Below, piece by piece: positions 17,945-26,652 of a DNA stretch of 64,000 nucleotides. Origin of the DNA: Candidatus Aenigmatarchaeota archaeon (lineage in GTDB: Archaea; Aenigmatarchaeota; Aenigmatarchaeia; CG10238-14; SCSR01); assembly GCA_016187415.1 (NCBI GenBank), contig JACPJT010000007.1, positions 1,289-65,288 of the forward strand, in the 5' to 3' direction. The notes under the pieces are model-generated. The model was not told where the DNA came from, searched no databases, and saw nothing but the letters and a program-made list of their open reading frames with translations. The position numbers and the translations under genes were made by a program. Position 1 is the first letter of the stretch. Each line of letters begins with the position of its first letter.

Positions 17945-18731
17945 CTAAAACACCAACCCTAACCAATGGAGTAGACCATTCATCTGGATGTAGGAAACTA
18001 CCCAAGTCCAATTCTGTTATACGGTTTAAATTACCCATCAAAACATTTTCTAAATGTTCATCCGATAGGTAGAGTCCTGCCTTTCTTAAATAGGTTTCAT
18101 ATTGTCGCAGTCTATCTGGTATAATTCGGCCATTTTTAATGAAGTTCTCAACTTCTTCAGTTGTCCGATTGTTCTGTTGCATTCTTGCAGCAACCTCTAT
18201 TGGTATGGAATTTAACATAACGAATCTTTTTGGGCCCGTATACACCCTACCTTTTGTTTTATAGTCCGAGTGTATTGGAACTGTAGAAACCCCTATTTCA
18301 TCCCATGTCACTATACTCGCAAGTGTAGGTATATCTAAATAATCTGCAAGTCTTAAGAAATCTATCCATTGACCACTATTACTTGTACTAGTAGGTATGA
18401 AAACGCCGTCGACAAGTGTATATTCTTTGGCAGATGTATCAAAAATTATTCCTGAGGTCGCCCCCCTGACCCTAAGTTCATTTGGTCTTTTAAGTATGGG
18501 TCTGTATCCCCCTTCTTCTACTTCATTATCGTCTTGAGGTACAAATACAGGAACCAATCCGTCCAAGTACTCATTAAAAATTTCAGCTACACCACCATGC
18601 CAATCACGATGAGCGCCATGCCCAACAAGATAGACTGCTTTACGCCCTGTTGGTAAGAGTGTATATGCTCTATTAGCAGCAGCTGTTATTTCATATACCG
18701 GTGGTAAATCTACTTTTCTTTCTATTGTCAT
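17931..18731 (-). CDS. hypothetical protein (266 aa) in 5-gene operon
   Basis: ORF with candidate metal-binding stretch LVGHGAHRDWHGG. No family assignment. Confidence 0.45.
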   Translation of the reverse strand: MTIERKVDLPPVYEITAAANRAYTLLPTGRKAVYLVGHGAHRDWHGGVAEIFNEYLDGLVPVFVPQDDNEVEEGGYRPILKRPNELRVRGATSGIIFDTSAKEYTLVDGVFIPTSTSNSGQWIDFLRLADYLDIPTLASIVTWDEIGVSTVPIHSDYKTKGRVYTGPKRFVMLNSIPIEVAARMQQNNRTTEEVENFIKNGRIIPDRLRQYETYLRKAGLYLSDEHLENVLMGNLNRITELDLGSFLHPDEWSTPLVRVGVLGDRR

Positions 18732-18738
18732 AATTACA

Positions 18739-19674
18739 CTATTCCAAAATTTTTATCGAGTCTATTACATCATCGCCATCTGAATCAAATCCTCTAACTA
18801 CCTTTACAATATCATCAAAGCTTTTAATACTTTCCATAAACATGGTACTGTACTTGGTTAATGCTAAAGCGGCGGCCTGCGCTCCTCTTCTACCGATTCC
18901 TCCAATCAACAATATTTTTTTGCTACTATCGAACGGGTTTGTTGTTTTTACGATTATACCTATTCTTGGATCAGAGTAGGTTGTTTTGCTTATCTTAGAA
19001 ATTATAGATTCTTTTCCAGTCTCGTCGAAATGTGCTGGTAATTTCGAGTTTAGCCTTTCTATTACAGAATTTGTTTTATTGTTGCCAATAAGAATAAGGT
19101 TGTTTTTTAGGTCGCTATCTTTAATTTTCACATCTAGTTTTCCAAATGACCCAAGCCCATCAGCAAATCTGCCAAAGAATAAGAGCAGATCTACCATATA
19201 GTTTACTTCGTCTGAACTTTTATCAAATCTTCCATGAGAATAAGTATCTCCTACTACGATAATAGAATTTAACTTGGTATCAAAAACGAGTGGTGAAAGA
19301 AATTCCAAAGATTTACGATCTAATTCAAAGCCAAAACTTTCTTTTATCTCTAAACCTCTGTCATACAATTTAGCAGAAATCACAGGCGATACCACGCTGT
19401 ATATCTTGGCTATCATTCCTTGTCTTCTTTCACTAGAAATAGTATAAATTATACCAGCTTTTTCAAGATTTCTAATGTGATAATAAACCTTTTGTTCATG
19501 CAGCTTTAATTTTCTAGATACATCAATCGCGCTGGCTGGCGATTCTGATAAAGCTTTCACAATCTTTAAGGCGACTTTACTGTTAAGCGCAGAAAATGCT
19601 TTTGGATTATCCAAAATTAAAGAGTCGTATGCTTTCCTGCCGTTTCCGTTATTCTCTATAAGTGTCGCTTGCAT
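18739..19674 (-). CDS. winged-HTH (ArsR/TrmB-like) N-terminal domain fused to an unknown C-terminal domain; first gene of 5-gene operon
   Basis: HTH-like segment ALKIVKALSESPASAIDVSRKLKLHEQKVYYHIRNLEKAGIIYT. The C-terminal 200 aa are unassigned. Confidence 0.5.
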   Translation of the reverse strand: MQATLIENNGNGRKAYDSLILDNPKAFSALNSKVALKIVKALSESPASAIDVSRKLKLHEQKVYYHIRNLEKAGIIYTISSERRQGMIAKIYSVVSPVISAKLYDRGLEIKESFGFELDRKSLEFLSPLVFDTKLNSIIVVGDTYSHGRFDKSSDEVNYMVDLLLFFGRFADGLGSFGKLDVKIKDSDLKNNLILIGNNKTNSVIERLNSKLPAHFDETGKESIISKISKTTYSDPRIGIIVKTTNPFDSSKKILLIGGIGRRGAQAAALALTKYSTMFMESIKSFDDIVKVVRGFDSDGDDVIDSIKILE

Positions 19675-19865
19675 AGCTTCTCTCCTTTTATTAAATCTTT
19701 AATAATAAACCATTAATTACTATGAAAAATTCTATACTTGTATAAACTTTCTTATAATAACATATATATAAAGCTTGTGGAATTTGGGTGTTGCAGCTGA
19801 ATTCTATAAATTCTGTTATAGAAGTGGTTTATAAGCATCCATTCGAATGTCTGTTCAGAGAGAAA

Positions 19866-20042
19866 ATGTACATAAAAAAATTATCAATTCCGTCAGTGCG
19901 GTCATATGAAGTAGAACAGGCAGGACCGAGTGTTGCATTCGAATGCCCCACATGCACAAGAGAAGTAAGCCTGAATGAAATTATAGAGGAGAAAGGAACG
20001 ATAAGATGCGTCAAGTGTAGTCCTTTTGGCCGATCAACCTAG
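19866..20042 (+). CDS. small zinc-ribbon protein, paralog 1 (ORF track start 19788; likely start MYIKK at 19866)
   Basis: C-terminal CPTCTREVSLNEIIEEKGTIRCVKC matches the 20839..20997 paralog. Confidence 0.5.
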   Translation: MYIKKLSIPSVRSYEVEQAGPSVAFECPTCTREVSLNEIIEEKGTIRCVKCSPFGRST

Positions 20043-20092
20043 CTGGAGAACAAACCCCTTGGAGGATTCCACAAAACAAATGTTCTCCAGCT
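20041..20092. terminator. 12-bp perfect inverted repeat (AGCTGGAGAACA ... TGTTCTCCAGCT) with 28-nt loop immediately after the zinc-ribbon ORF; terminator or regulatory hairpin
   Basis: Seen directly in sequence. Confidence 0.35.
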
Positions 20093-20128
20093 TCGCCCCT
20101 TCTTTAAACCAATGTCGCTTGTGATAAC

Positions 20129-20257
20129 ATGAAAATGTGTGCCGTATGCAGGTTGGAATACTCCGATTACTCTAATCAGTGTGTTAAATGCGGTTCCAAG
20201 TTGGAGCTAGGTCGTGAAAAATGGATAAGTCCTGGCGACTATGAAGAGGATTATTGA
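20129..20257 (+). CDS. small zinc-ribbon protein (42 aa; MKMCAVCRLEYSDYSNQCVKCGSKLELGREKWISPGDYEEDY)
   Basis: Hand-translated; CxxC-x10-CxxC. Below ORF-track cutoff. Converges on the Lrp gene end. Confidence 0.35.
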   Translation: MKMCAVCRLEYSDYSNQCVKCGSKLELGREKWISPGDYEEDY

Positions 20258-20775
20258 ATCATCACTCTGAAATCTTCTTTAACGGTGTTTAAGACTATTC
20301 TCGTTTCGCTTCTCTGAATGTCAAGATTGTCGTATAATCCTGAAAGAAATTTCTGCAGTTCGTCGATGCCTTTAAACTTCGCGATTATTATCGCATCTAC
20401 ATCTCCTGTAGTGTGATATATTGCATAAACGTTGGGTGATTCTGTTATCTTTTCCATTGTTTTCAAGAGACTTAATTTTGGCGCGACAAGTTCGATGATC
20501 GCGGATAATTCGTATCCTAATTTTTTCGAATCTAAATTGACAGAATAACCCTTTATTATGCCGCTTGATTTTAATTTTTTGAGATGTTCTATGACTGTTG
20601 TCGTTGAAAGTTTGGACTGCCTCGCTATTTCACGGTAGGAAAGCCTTGCATCCCAGATAAGAAATCGCAATATTTTCTTGTCTATCTCGTCGATGGACGA
20701 ATGTACATTATTGGTTTTAAACGTTTTTAAAGGTGTGTTTACTTTTGTCTTGAATTCACTAGATTTAATTGACAT
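20251..20775 (-). CDS. Lrp/AsnC family transcriptional regulator
   Basis: 174 aa, N-terminal HTH (LDARLSYREIARQSKLSTTTVIEHLKKLKSSGIIKGY) plus C-terminal RAM/ACT-like domain. Confidence 0.85.
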   Translation of the reverse strand: MSIKSSEFKTKVNTPLKTFKTNNVHSSIDEIDKKILRFLIWDARLSYREIARQSKLSTTTVIEHLKKLKSSGIIKGYSVNLDSKKLGYELSAIIELVAPKLSLLKTMEKITESPNVYAIYHTTGDVDAIIIAKFKGIDELQKFLSGLYDNLDIQRSETRIVLNTVKEDFRVMIQ

Positions 20776-20838
20776 ATGTAATAGATTTGGTCAGAAAGGT
20801 ATTTATTTGTTATAATCATGTCTTGAATTGGTGATTAA

Positions 20839-20997
20839 ATGAAAGGTTTCATATTCAGACCGGTTCAGACTGGCGGATTTGGACGATTAGCAATGGAGCA
20901 TGCTCTGGTTATTTGCCCCGCATGCAATACAGAAATTGGAATTAACGATGTTATAGAAATGAAAGGATATGTTGGGTGCGTCAACTGTGCCAGGTGA
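20839..20997 (+). CDS. small zinc-ribbon protein, paralog 2 (52 aa; MKGFIFRPVQTGGFGRLAMEHALVICPACNTEIGINDVIEMKGYVGCVNCAR)
   Basis: Hand-translated; C-terminal motif paralogous to 19866..20042. Confidence 0.45.
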   Translation: MKGFIFRPVQTGGFGRLAMEHALVICPACNTEIGINDVIEMKGYVGCVNCAR

Positions 20998-21055
20998 TTT
21001 CATGAAAAATAAGACTTGGGTCAGGCTGGTGATTGCAAAATTTAAGAAGTCGCAG

Positions 21056-21730
21056 TCATCTCTTTGATTTCATTACAACGAATAGATGGTATTTTTCATA
21101 CGGATCCAACTCGACTTTATCAATGATATCGAAATGTTTCTCGAACTCCTTAATGCATTCTTTGTATATTTCTCTGGGGTTGCGTGTTACATCTATTGAC
21201 TGGCTTTTAATTGCAATGACAGCGTAACCTTTGGGTTTCAGAAACTTCAAACAATTCCTTATCAATATTTCAACCTGGTCATTGCTCGCGACGTCTTCAT
21301 AAACTAAATCAACCTTGCTAAGGACATTATTTTCATAATCTTCCGGCATTCGTGCATTTGCCAATATGGGAATGATGTTGCCTCTTTTTTCGGCGATTGG
21401 CAATAATTCACGGAATGGTCGGCCGCTTATCTCAACTCCATATATCAGACCTTCTTTTCCTATGATATCGGAAAAATGCGATGATGTTGTGCCATTTGCT
21501 ATTCCAAGATAAAGTATGGCCATTCCTTTCTTCAACGGCAGTTCTTTTAAGCCGTTCTTGATGGCGGCTGCAGGCTTGCTTCTCCAAAAATCCCATATTC
21601 TATATTCAACACCTCGGTCCTTTATCAGGTCTTCGCCATATGCCTTCTTCCCTGGGACAAGATTAACCGTGGCTATCCTACCGTCTATCTTGAAAACGCC
21701 ATGAAATTTTGTCTGCTTCATTTCTGCCAT
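21056..21730 (-). CDS. flpA: fibrillarin-like rRNA/tRNA 2'-O-methyltransferase
   Basis: 224 aa, fibrillarin SAM-MTase pattern (ILYLGIANGTTSSHFSDI...VIAIKSQSID). Follows nop5. Confidence 0.9.
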   Translation of the reverse strand: MAEMKQTKFHGVFKIDGRIATVNLVPGKKAYGEDLIKDRGVEYRIWDFWRSKPAAAIKNGLKELPLKKGMAILYLGIANGTTSSHFSDIIGKEGLIYGVEISGRPFRELLPIAEKRGNIIPILANARMPEDYENNVLSKVDLVYEDVASNDQVEILIRNCLKFLKPKGYAVIAIKSQSIDVTRNPREIYKECIKEFEKHFDIIDKVELDPYEKYHLFVVMKSKR

Positions 21731-21733
21731 AAA

Positions 21734-22765
21734 TTACTCTTTTGAGGAAAGTATTTTTTTAACCTTGTTTTCCAAGTCTTTTTTCATTTCATCTGCTTTA
21801 TACTCTTTTGAATAATAGTCGATTCTTGATGCTATTGAAAGTTTGGCTGCTAGAAGACGGGCAACTTTTCCCTGGGTTTCCCTAGGAGAATTTTGAATCA
21901 TGGGATGATTGTAGATCAGTCCGAACTTTGGACTCTTGGATCTTCCTCGAGATTTCAGGAACCTGAACAACGCCTTTTCGCTTCCTAATAATTGTATTGT
22001 GCTTGACGGCATCCTAGACAATCTCTCCAATCCGCCGGCTTTTGCGATTAGCTTTGCTGCAATTGCATCGCCTGCTATAGCTGAGAAATTTGGTGCGACA
22101 TCTTTAACTAATTTGCTCTGATAATCCAACAGGGATTCGCGCAATTGATAAAGTTTTGTTATATCCGATGCGAACAATTTTAGAATGTTAGTGTCATCTT
22201 CTGTAAAATCCATTCCAGAACTCCTGTCCTTCAAATGATTCAGTTTTTTATCGTCTATGTTCTGCCTGTTTCCGAATTTTTCTATTAAAGCCACATAAGT
22301 TTCATGATTTTCGATCATGCGATCCATTTCTGGGAAATGGAAGGAATACCATTCGCGCAAACGTTCGATAAAAACATTTACAGATTTGTCCAACTCTTCA
22401 ATTGCGTTATTTACGTGGATTACAAGTTGGTCTCTCCTTGATGTCTCTTTTATTTTTTGTTTAGCCAACTCCGAATTTACTTTCGTCAACAGTTGGTTAA
22501 ATTCAACTTGATTCTTGACAAAACTGTATTCAATCGCATACTTGAGCAAGTTTTCTTTTACGAAAGCCTCCATTTTCAGGTTGCCTGAAACGAATTCGAA
22601 ATTCTTAAATTCTGTTCTGATCTGTTGTATCTCACTGGGCGAATCTTCCGATAATTTCATGGCGATTTGCGAAGGGTCCTTAGAGAAGGGTTTGAATGAA
22701 ATTACTCTTCTATTCTCATCGAGAGAGAATACGCCTATTAAAGTCTTTACCAAGTAAGCATACAT
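21734..22765 (-). CDS. nop5: box C/D snoRNP protein Nop5 (Nop56/58 family)
   Basis: 343 aa, Nop domain C-terminus (GLIYNHPMIQNSPRETQGKVARLLAAKLSIASRIDYYS) and coiled-coil middle. Confidence 0.9.
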   Translation of the reverse strand: MYAYLVKTLIGVFSLDENRRVISFKPFSKDPSQIAMKLSEDSPSEIQQIRTEFKNFEFVSGNLKMEAFVKENLLKYAIEYSFVKNQVEFNQLLTKVNSELAKQKIKETSRRDQLVIHVNNAIEELDKSVNVFIERLREWYSFHFPEMDRMIENHETYVALIEKFGNRQNIDDKKLNHLKDRSSGMDFTEDDTNILKLFASDITKLYQLRESLLDYQSKLVKDVAPNFSAIAGDAIAAKLIAKAGGLERLSRMPSSTIQLLGSEKALFRFLKSRGRSKSPKFGLIYNHPMIQNSPRETQGKVARLLAAKLSIASRIDYYSKEYKADEMKKDLENKVKKILSSKE

Positions 22766-22800
22766 AGTTCTTAATTTTAAATAACAACCTTTATTAGATT

Positions 22801-23688
22801 ATGAGATACGCCGAAAAGACTGTATTGAAGGACGTTTACAAAAAGAGGCAACCGTGGGTTCATAAGGGCCAGTTTGGCAAACTTGTTATAATATCTGGAA
22901 GTAAAATCCACACCGGTTCTCCGATATTCGCTGGTATGGCTGCATATAGGGCTGGTTGTGATATGGTATATCTGGTTGGCCCTAGAAGAGCCATGGATGT
23001 TGCCGCCAATCACTCCCCGACACTGATGACGAAACCTCTTGACGGAGATTACTTGGAAGAAAAGGATTTGGACAGAATTTTGTCGCTGATAGAAATTAGC
23101 GGAGCCACCGCAGTTGTAATAGGACCTGGATTGGGAAGGGTTGACAACACAAGAAGAGCAATAAACGTTCTCATCGAGAAAATTGATATACCCATGGTGA
23201 TAGATGCCGACGCTATAAGAGCCGTTAGCACGATAAAAGAAAAATTGAAAAACAAAAAGATACTATTAACACCTCATGCAAATGAGTTCTTTGAATTGAG
23301 CGGAAATAAGGTTTCGGAAAACATTAAGGAAAGGATAACTATGACGAGAAAGGAAGCCTATAATCTAAATTGCGGTGGTAATGGTACTTGCCCGTTATAT
23401 CCGCCGATAACAATTGTTCTGAAAGGCAATGTTGACGTGATATCCGACGGGAAGGAAATTATGCTTAATGATACTGGCACGCCTTTCATGACCAAAGGCG
23501 GATGTGGCGACACACTTACTGGTATTGCTGGTGCTCTGATTGCTCGTAAACTTGACACATTCGCTGCAGGCTGCGCAGCATCATACATAAACGGCAAGGC
23601 CGGCGAGCTTGCTGCGAAAAATTATGGTGAAGGCATGCTGGCCACGGATCTTATAGAAGAAATACCCAACGCGATCAAAAGCGGTTAA
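22801..23688 (+). CDS. nnr: ADP-dependent NAD(P)H-hydrate dehydratase (YjeF C-terminal domain, Nnr)
   Basis: 295 aa, YjeF_C pattern (QFGKLVIISGS...GPGLG...KGGCGDTLTGIAGAL). Confidence 0.8.
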   Translation: MRYAEKTVLKDVYKKRQPWVHKGQFGKLVIISGSKIHTGSPIFAGMAAYRAGCDMVYLVGPRRAMDVAANHSPTLMTKPLDGDYLEEKDLDRILSLIEISGATAVVIGPGLGRVDNTRRAINVLIEKIDIPMVIDADAIRAVSTIKEKLKNKKILLTPHANEFFELSGNKVSENIKERITMTRKEAYNLNCGGNGTCPLYPPITIVLKGNVDVISDGKEIMLNDTGTPFMTKGGCGDTLTGIAGALIARKLDTFAAGCAASYINGKAGELAAKNYGEGMLATDLIEEIPNAIKSG

Positions 23689-23723
23689 TAACATTTAAAA
23701 ACTAGAGCATATAGTTAGAAAAT

Positions 23724-24563
23724 ATGTCATACTTAAGAACGGCATTATTGCTTGGTTTACTGACAGGGCTGCTCTTGGCCATAGGCTACATATGGTCTGG
23801 CATTTCTGGTATGACTATTTTCCTTCTGATTGCATTTGTAATGAACTTTTTGGCGTACTGGTTTTCTGATAAGATTGTTTTGGCTATGTATGGTGCGAAA
23901 CAAATCCAAAAATCCGACCAGCCGAAGCTCCATGAGATTGTTGAGAAGCTGGCGAAGAAAATGAATATACCCAAGCCGAAAGTCTATCTTGTAAATCTTC
24001 CTGTTCTAAACGCATTTGCCACTGGGAGGGATTATAAGCATGCTGTGATTGCTGTAACATCCGGATTAATGAAGAACTTGAACTGGTCGGAAATCGAAGG
24101 TGTCGTATCACATGAACTTTCACATGTTGTGAATCATGATACTCTGACATCAGCCATGGCTGCAACGATAGCTGGCGCCATCGCTTACATAGCCCAGATT
24201 GCATGGTATGGATTGTTCTTAGGCGACAATAGGCGCCAAGGAGGAAGCTTGATATTTCTACCTCTTGTTTTACTTGCTCCTATAGCAGCGACCTTAATAC
24301 AACTGGCCATTTCAAGAAACAGAGAATATGCCGCCGATAGGACTGGAGCTATAATATCTGGAAAACCTCTTGACCTCGCATCGGCTTTGGAGAAGATTGC
24401 GAATGTTGCCAAAAATTATCCACTGAGAGGCAATGCCGCCACATCGCATTTGTTCATTGTTAATCCTTTCAAGGGAGATGCTTTGCTGAGTCTGTTTTCA
24501 ACCCACCCGCCAGTCGGCGCAAGAATACAAAAACTAAAAGAATTGGCAAAAGAACTTAAATGA
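23724..24563 (+). CDS. htpX: membrane zinc metalloprotease HtpX (M48)
   Basis: 279 aa, N-terminal TM helices and HELSHV zinc motif. Confidence 0.85.
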   Translation: MSYLRTALLLGLLTGLLLAIGYIWSGISGMTIFLLIAFVMNFLAYWFSDKIVLAMYGAKQIQKSDQPKLHEIVEKLAKKMNIPKPKVYLVNLPVLNAFATGRDYKHAVIAVTSGLMKNLNWSEIEGVVSHELSHVVNHDTLTSAMAATIAGAIAYIAQIAWYGLFLGDNRRQGGSLIFLPLVLLAPIAATLIQLAISRNREYAADRTGAIISGKPLDLASALEKIANVAKNYPLRGNAATSHLFIVNPFKGDALLSLFSTHPPVGARIQKLKELAKELK

Positions 24564-24564
24564 T

Positions 24565-25317
24565 ATGAAACTCAGATTGGATGACAGGGTTCTGCTATTC
24601 GGGAAGGACGAATCTTATCTTGTAACAGTTTCCAGAAGAAAATTCAATGTAAAGAGCGGGATTATAAATCTCGGTAATTTAATTGGTAAATCTTATGGTT
24701 CCAAGATAAAAACGCACATTGGAAAGGAATTCTGCCTTGTCAAACCGACTGTTATTGATTATTTCAGCAAATTGTTCACAAGAGGTGCACAGGTCATATT
24801 GCCGAAGGACATCAGTCTCATTCTTGCTTATACCGGTATATCCCCTGACAGTTTTGTTGTGGATGCGGGCACTGGTTCGGGGTATTTGACGATATTTCTG
24901 GCGCATTATCTTTCTGGCGGAAAGGTTGTCACATACGAGAAGGATAAAAGATTCGTCAGGGTTGCTAAAGAGAACATAAAGTCATCCGGATTGAAGAACA
25001 TAAGGCTGAAGAAGAAGGATATATCCAAATGTATAGATGAAAGGAATGTTGACATGATTACATTGGACTTGCAGCATCCGGGAAAGATAATCAAAAATGC
25101 TTACAAATCTCTAGCTGTCGGAGGATGGCTGGTTGTCTATTCTCCTACCGTTGATGAGATGTTCGAAGCTGGGAAGAAAATGAAGAAATATTTTTCTGAT
25201 GTGAAGATTGTGGAAAATATTGTGAGGGAATGGCAGTCTGAGAGGACGCTGAGACCGAAAACGATGGGATTAATGCATACGGGATGGTTGATGTTTGGAA
25301 GGAAAGTTTCTAGTTAG
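24565..25317 (+). CDS. trmI: tRNA (adenine57/58-N1)-methyltransferase TrmI (Gcd14 family)
   Basis: 250 aa, SAM motif VVDAGTGSGYLT; TrmI-type architecture. Confidence 0.75.
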   Translation: MKLRLDDRVLLFGKDESYLVTVSRRKFNVKSGIINLGNLIGKSYGSKIKTHIGKEFCLVKPTVIDYFSKLFTRGAQVILPKDISLILAYTGISPDSFVVDAGTGSGYLTIFLAHYLSGGKVVTYEKDKRFVRVAKENIKSSGLKNIRLKKKDISKCIDERNVDMITLDLQHPGKIIKNAYKSLAVGGWLVVYSPTVDEMFEAGKKMKKYFSDVKIVENIVREWQSERTLRPKTMGLMHTGWLMFGRKVSS

Positions 25318-25421
25318 AATTTTTATGAATAAATTAAATTACTAAAAAAATGTGTCTAACTTATTAAATTCCCTCATTCAATTTTATAATATATAATCAG
25401 GGAAAATAATTATGTGGTAAA

Positions 25422-25748
25422 TTGTTTGAATACATGATATGGCTATCACTTTTTGTTTGGCTGACAACATTAGTCTTGTGGACATTTAATTTTAACGTTT
25501 TGAAACATTACAAGAAGACCTTATTGCTGTGCATATTTTTTGCCTTGGTTTTCAGCATTCCTTGGGACTATCTGGCATTAAAAACTGGTATGTGGAACTT
25601 CCCTAAAGAAAACAACATAGGTATTTTGTTGGCTGGGCTGCCTTTAGAAGAATTTCTTTTCATAATTTTTGTTACATTAGAAGTTAGTACAATCACATTA
25701 GTCCTGAAAAAGAGAGTCAAGAGCTTAATAAATGGTGGAACAAAATGA
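25422..25748 (+). CDS. small membrane protein, lycopene-cyclase-domain-like (PxEE motif), pair member 1
   Basis: 108 aa, 3 TM, GLPLEEFLF motif. Confidence 0.4.
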   Translation: MFEYMIWLSLFVWLTTLVLWTFNFNVLKHYKKTLLLCIFFALVFSIPWDYLALKTGMWNFPKENNIGILLAGLPLEEFLFIIFVTLEVSTITLVLKKRVKSLINGGTK

Positions 25749-26110
25749 TTTTAGGTGTCTTTTCTTATCTGTTTACAATAATTGTTTTCGCCGGCATTGC
25801 GATTTTAATTGAATGGAAATTATTTCCTGCGATACTGAAGAAGTACGCGAAGATCATCGGTATTGTTCTGATAGTTGGTATCATATCTACCTTAATCGGA
25901 GAACCGATAGCATTACAACTAGGTATTTGGAGTTACTCGTCTGAAAAGACTTTTGGCATATACGTCTTCGGGGCTGAGCTAGAAACACTAATTTATGCAA
26001 TGTTTGTTTTTGTGGCAATAGCTTCGGCTACAATCATCGGAAGTCAATATGAAGACGCTAGGAAGTTAACTGTAAGAGAATTTAAAAGTAAAATTGGAAT
26101 ATTTCACTGA
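25745..26110 (+). CDS. small membrane protein, lycopene-cyclase-domain-like, pair member 2
   Basis: 121 aa, 3-4 TM, GAELETLIY motif. Overlaps its partner by 4 nt. Confidence 0.4.
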   Translation: MILGVFSYLFTIIVFAGIAILIEWKLFPAILKKYAKIIGIVLIVGIISTLIGEPIALQLGIWSYSSEKTFGIYVFGAELETLIYAMFVFVAIASATIIGSQYEDARKLTVREFKSKIGIFH

Positions 26111-26112
26111 CT

Positions 26113-26185
26113 GGGGTCGTCGGCTAGCTTGGTAGGCTTCGAGCTTCGGGTGCTTGAGACCTGGGTTCAAATCCCAGCGACCCCA
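26113..26185 (+). tRNA. tRNA-Pro (anticodon CGG), intron-less
   Basis: Acceptor GGGGTCG/CGACCCC, anticodon stem CGAGC/GCTTG with loop TTCGGGT, T-arm CTGGG-TTCAAAT-CCCAG, discriminator A. Confidence 0.75.
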
Positions 26186-26208
26186 TTGACGAAATGTTTA
26201 AATAGTTT

Positions 26209-26652
26209 ATGTCGAATGTTGTTTCAGATAGTATGAATGAGAATAAACTTGTGGGAAGATTGTATGGAGTAAAGGGATTTGCTAATGAAATTGGTAGTGA
26301 TGTGACGCATTGGGCTATAAGAGTTGGTGCTGTTCTTGTAGCAGATGGTTTAATTCCTTTACCAAGCGATTATTTTCAGTTAACGAATGGGCTTGGTATG
26401 GCACCTGGATTTGATTTGGCTGTGGGATCTGGGCTTGTAAATACAAGCGAGGAACGAGCATGGACTGGTATTTTGGGACTAGGATTAGCGATGACATCAG
26501 AATTGGTGGAATTTGCAAAGGGTGGTGATTATGGGATGCTATCCACTAGAGCGCTGCTTAAAGTCGGTGCATATGGATTATCAAGTATAGCTACTATAGG
26601 GGCAAAACATGTGTATGATCATTATCGAAGTGCTCATGCAAAAACTAGATGA
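26209..26652 (+). CDS. hypothetical Gly/Ala-rich protein (147 aa), GC-elevated, tRNA-adjacent
   Basis: ORF only. Confidence 0.4.
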   Translation: MSNVVSDSMNENKLVGRLYGVKGFANEIGSDVTHWAIRVGAVLVADGLIPLPSDYFQLTNGLGMAPGFDLAVGSGLVNTSEERAWTGILGLGLAMTSELVEFAKGGDYGMLSTRALLKVGAYGLSSIATIGAKHVYDHYRSAHAKTR

